DNA from: Leptogorgia sarmentosa
Lineage: Eukaryota
Assembly (NCBI GenBank): GCA_964658305.1
Contig: OZ210885.1
Span: 19,096,001 to 19,160,000, forward strand
Length of the DNA stretch: 64,000 nt
Direction: 5' to 3'
Shown here: positions 63,328-64,000 of the stretch, piece after piece
Layout of the letters: each line of letters starts with the position of its first letter
Position numbering within the stretch: position 1 is the stretch's first letter
Position numbers and translations under genes: made by a program
Notes under the pieces: generated by a model
Databases searched by the model: none
What the model was told of the DNA's origin: nothing
Seen by the model: only the letters and a program-made list of their open reading frames with translations

Positions 63328-64000
63328 CAGTGGAACCCTGTTAATATGGTCACCAACGGGACGAAATAATATAGCCGTATTAACAATTAACAATTAAATT
63401 TCAATTATGACGTCATTAAAGCTATGTTTATTCTTAAATCACAATAACACCCATACCCAACCCTAAATATCAATTAATCACTAAACATTATAAAGTTCTC
63501 AAAGGTTTCACTAATTTTGAAGAAACAGTGTTAGGATTTCGTAAAATAATCTGTGACTTTCGATTGGTTGTTCCTTTTCTGAAGCCAAAATCACTTTCGA
63601 AAGTTCGTTTGCCGTAGTAATGTCTCCATTTGACTGTAAATACTGCAAAGCGTCTTCAAGGTTTGTTATAGCTTCCTTATATGAGGTAACCTTTAATGTC
63701 GGAATGAAAATTCCTTCCTCATCATCAGCACCATTTGCGTTGGTGTCATCGTCGCTGTCGTTGATATCAACAGCTGATTGATTCACGTCTAAACCTCTGA
63801 AGAAACTGTCTTCCCAATTATCTGGTAATTCTTGGAACAGTGGTGGGTCATAGCAGCCAGAAACTGCTTCTTTAATGCTCATAGCATCTACATCACTTGC
63901 ATGTTGGGCTATGTCTTTGATGCTCGTGACTTTGGTCTGAAGTTCAGCGAAAGAGTCAACAGCACTGTTCTTCGGCTCGATGGCGTTAACTTCACCTGCA
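63328..64000 (-). mobile_element. 3' end of a Tc1/mariner pogo/Tigger-like element
   Basis: TA|CAGTGGAACCC terminus. The minus-strand ORF has an acidic tract, SYKEAITNLEDALQYL and a frameshifted QSKVTDYF, typical of Tigger C-termini. Confidence 0.7.

Overview
AT-rich eukaryotic DNA with GT-AG introns, probably from a marine invertebrate such as a cnidarian (inferred from the transposon repertoire). I could not identify any ordinary host gene; the window is a dense, nested transposon cluster. In order it holds: a decayed Academ-type element; a THAP/P-element relic bracketed by an inverted pair of Helentron-like insertions; a Gypsy gag-protease fragment cut by a partial Maverick/Polinton (intron-containing pPolB, packaging ATPase, penton-like ORF), itself interrupted by a Gypsy element with both LTRs; a BEL/Pao element; HECT and AcademH relics; a third Gypsy relic; a 12.6-kb hAT-like element hosting a 7.5-kb Zator-like element; a 6.45-kb IS3EU-like element; more hAT elements; and the 3' end of a Tigger/pogo element. 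Two apparently intact elements stand out. (1) The Zator-like element (39858-47361) has atypical TGCA termini, a 1087-aa DDE+PHD transposase and an upstream spliced gene with CIDE-N-like and NAB NCD2-like segments. The two genes meet at a UUUUUAG plus 12-bp hairpin junction that is open in the -1 frame. (2) The IS3EU-like element (52891-59344) has 483-bp TIRs and carries an intact six-exon HECT-type E3 ubiquitin ligase gene convergent with its transposase. All family and domain assignments come from motif recognition by eye and need HMM or structure confirmation.
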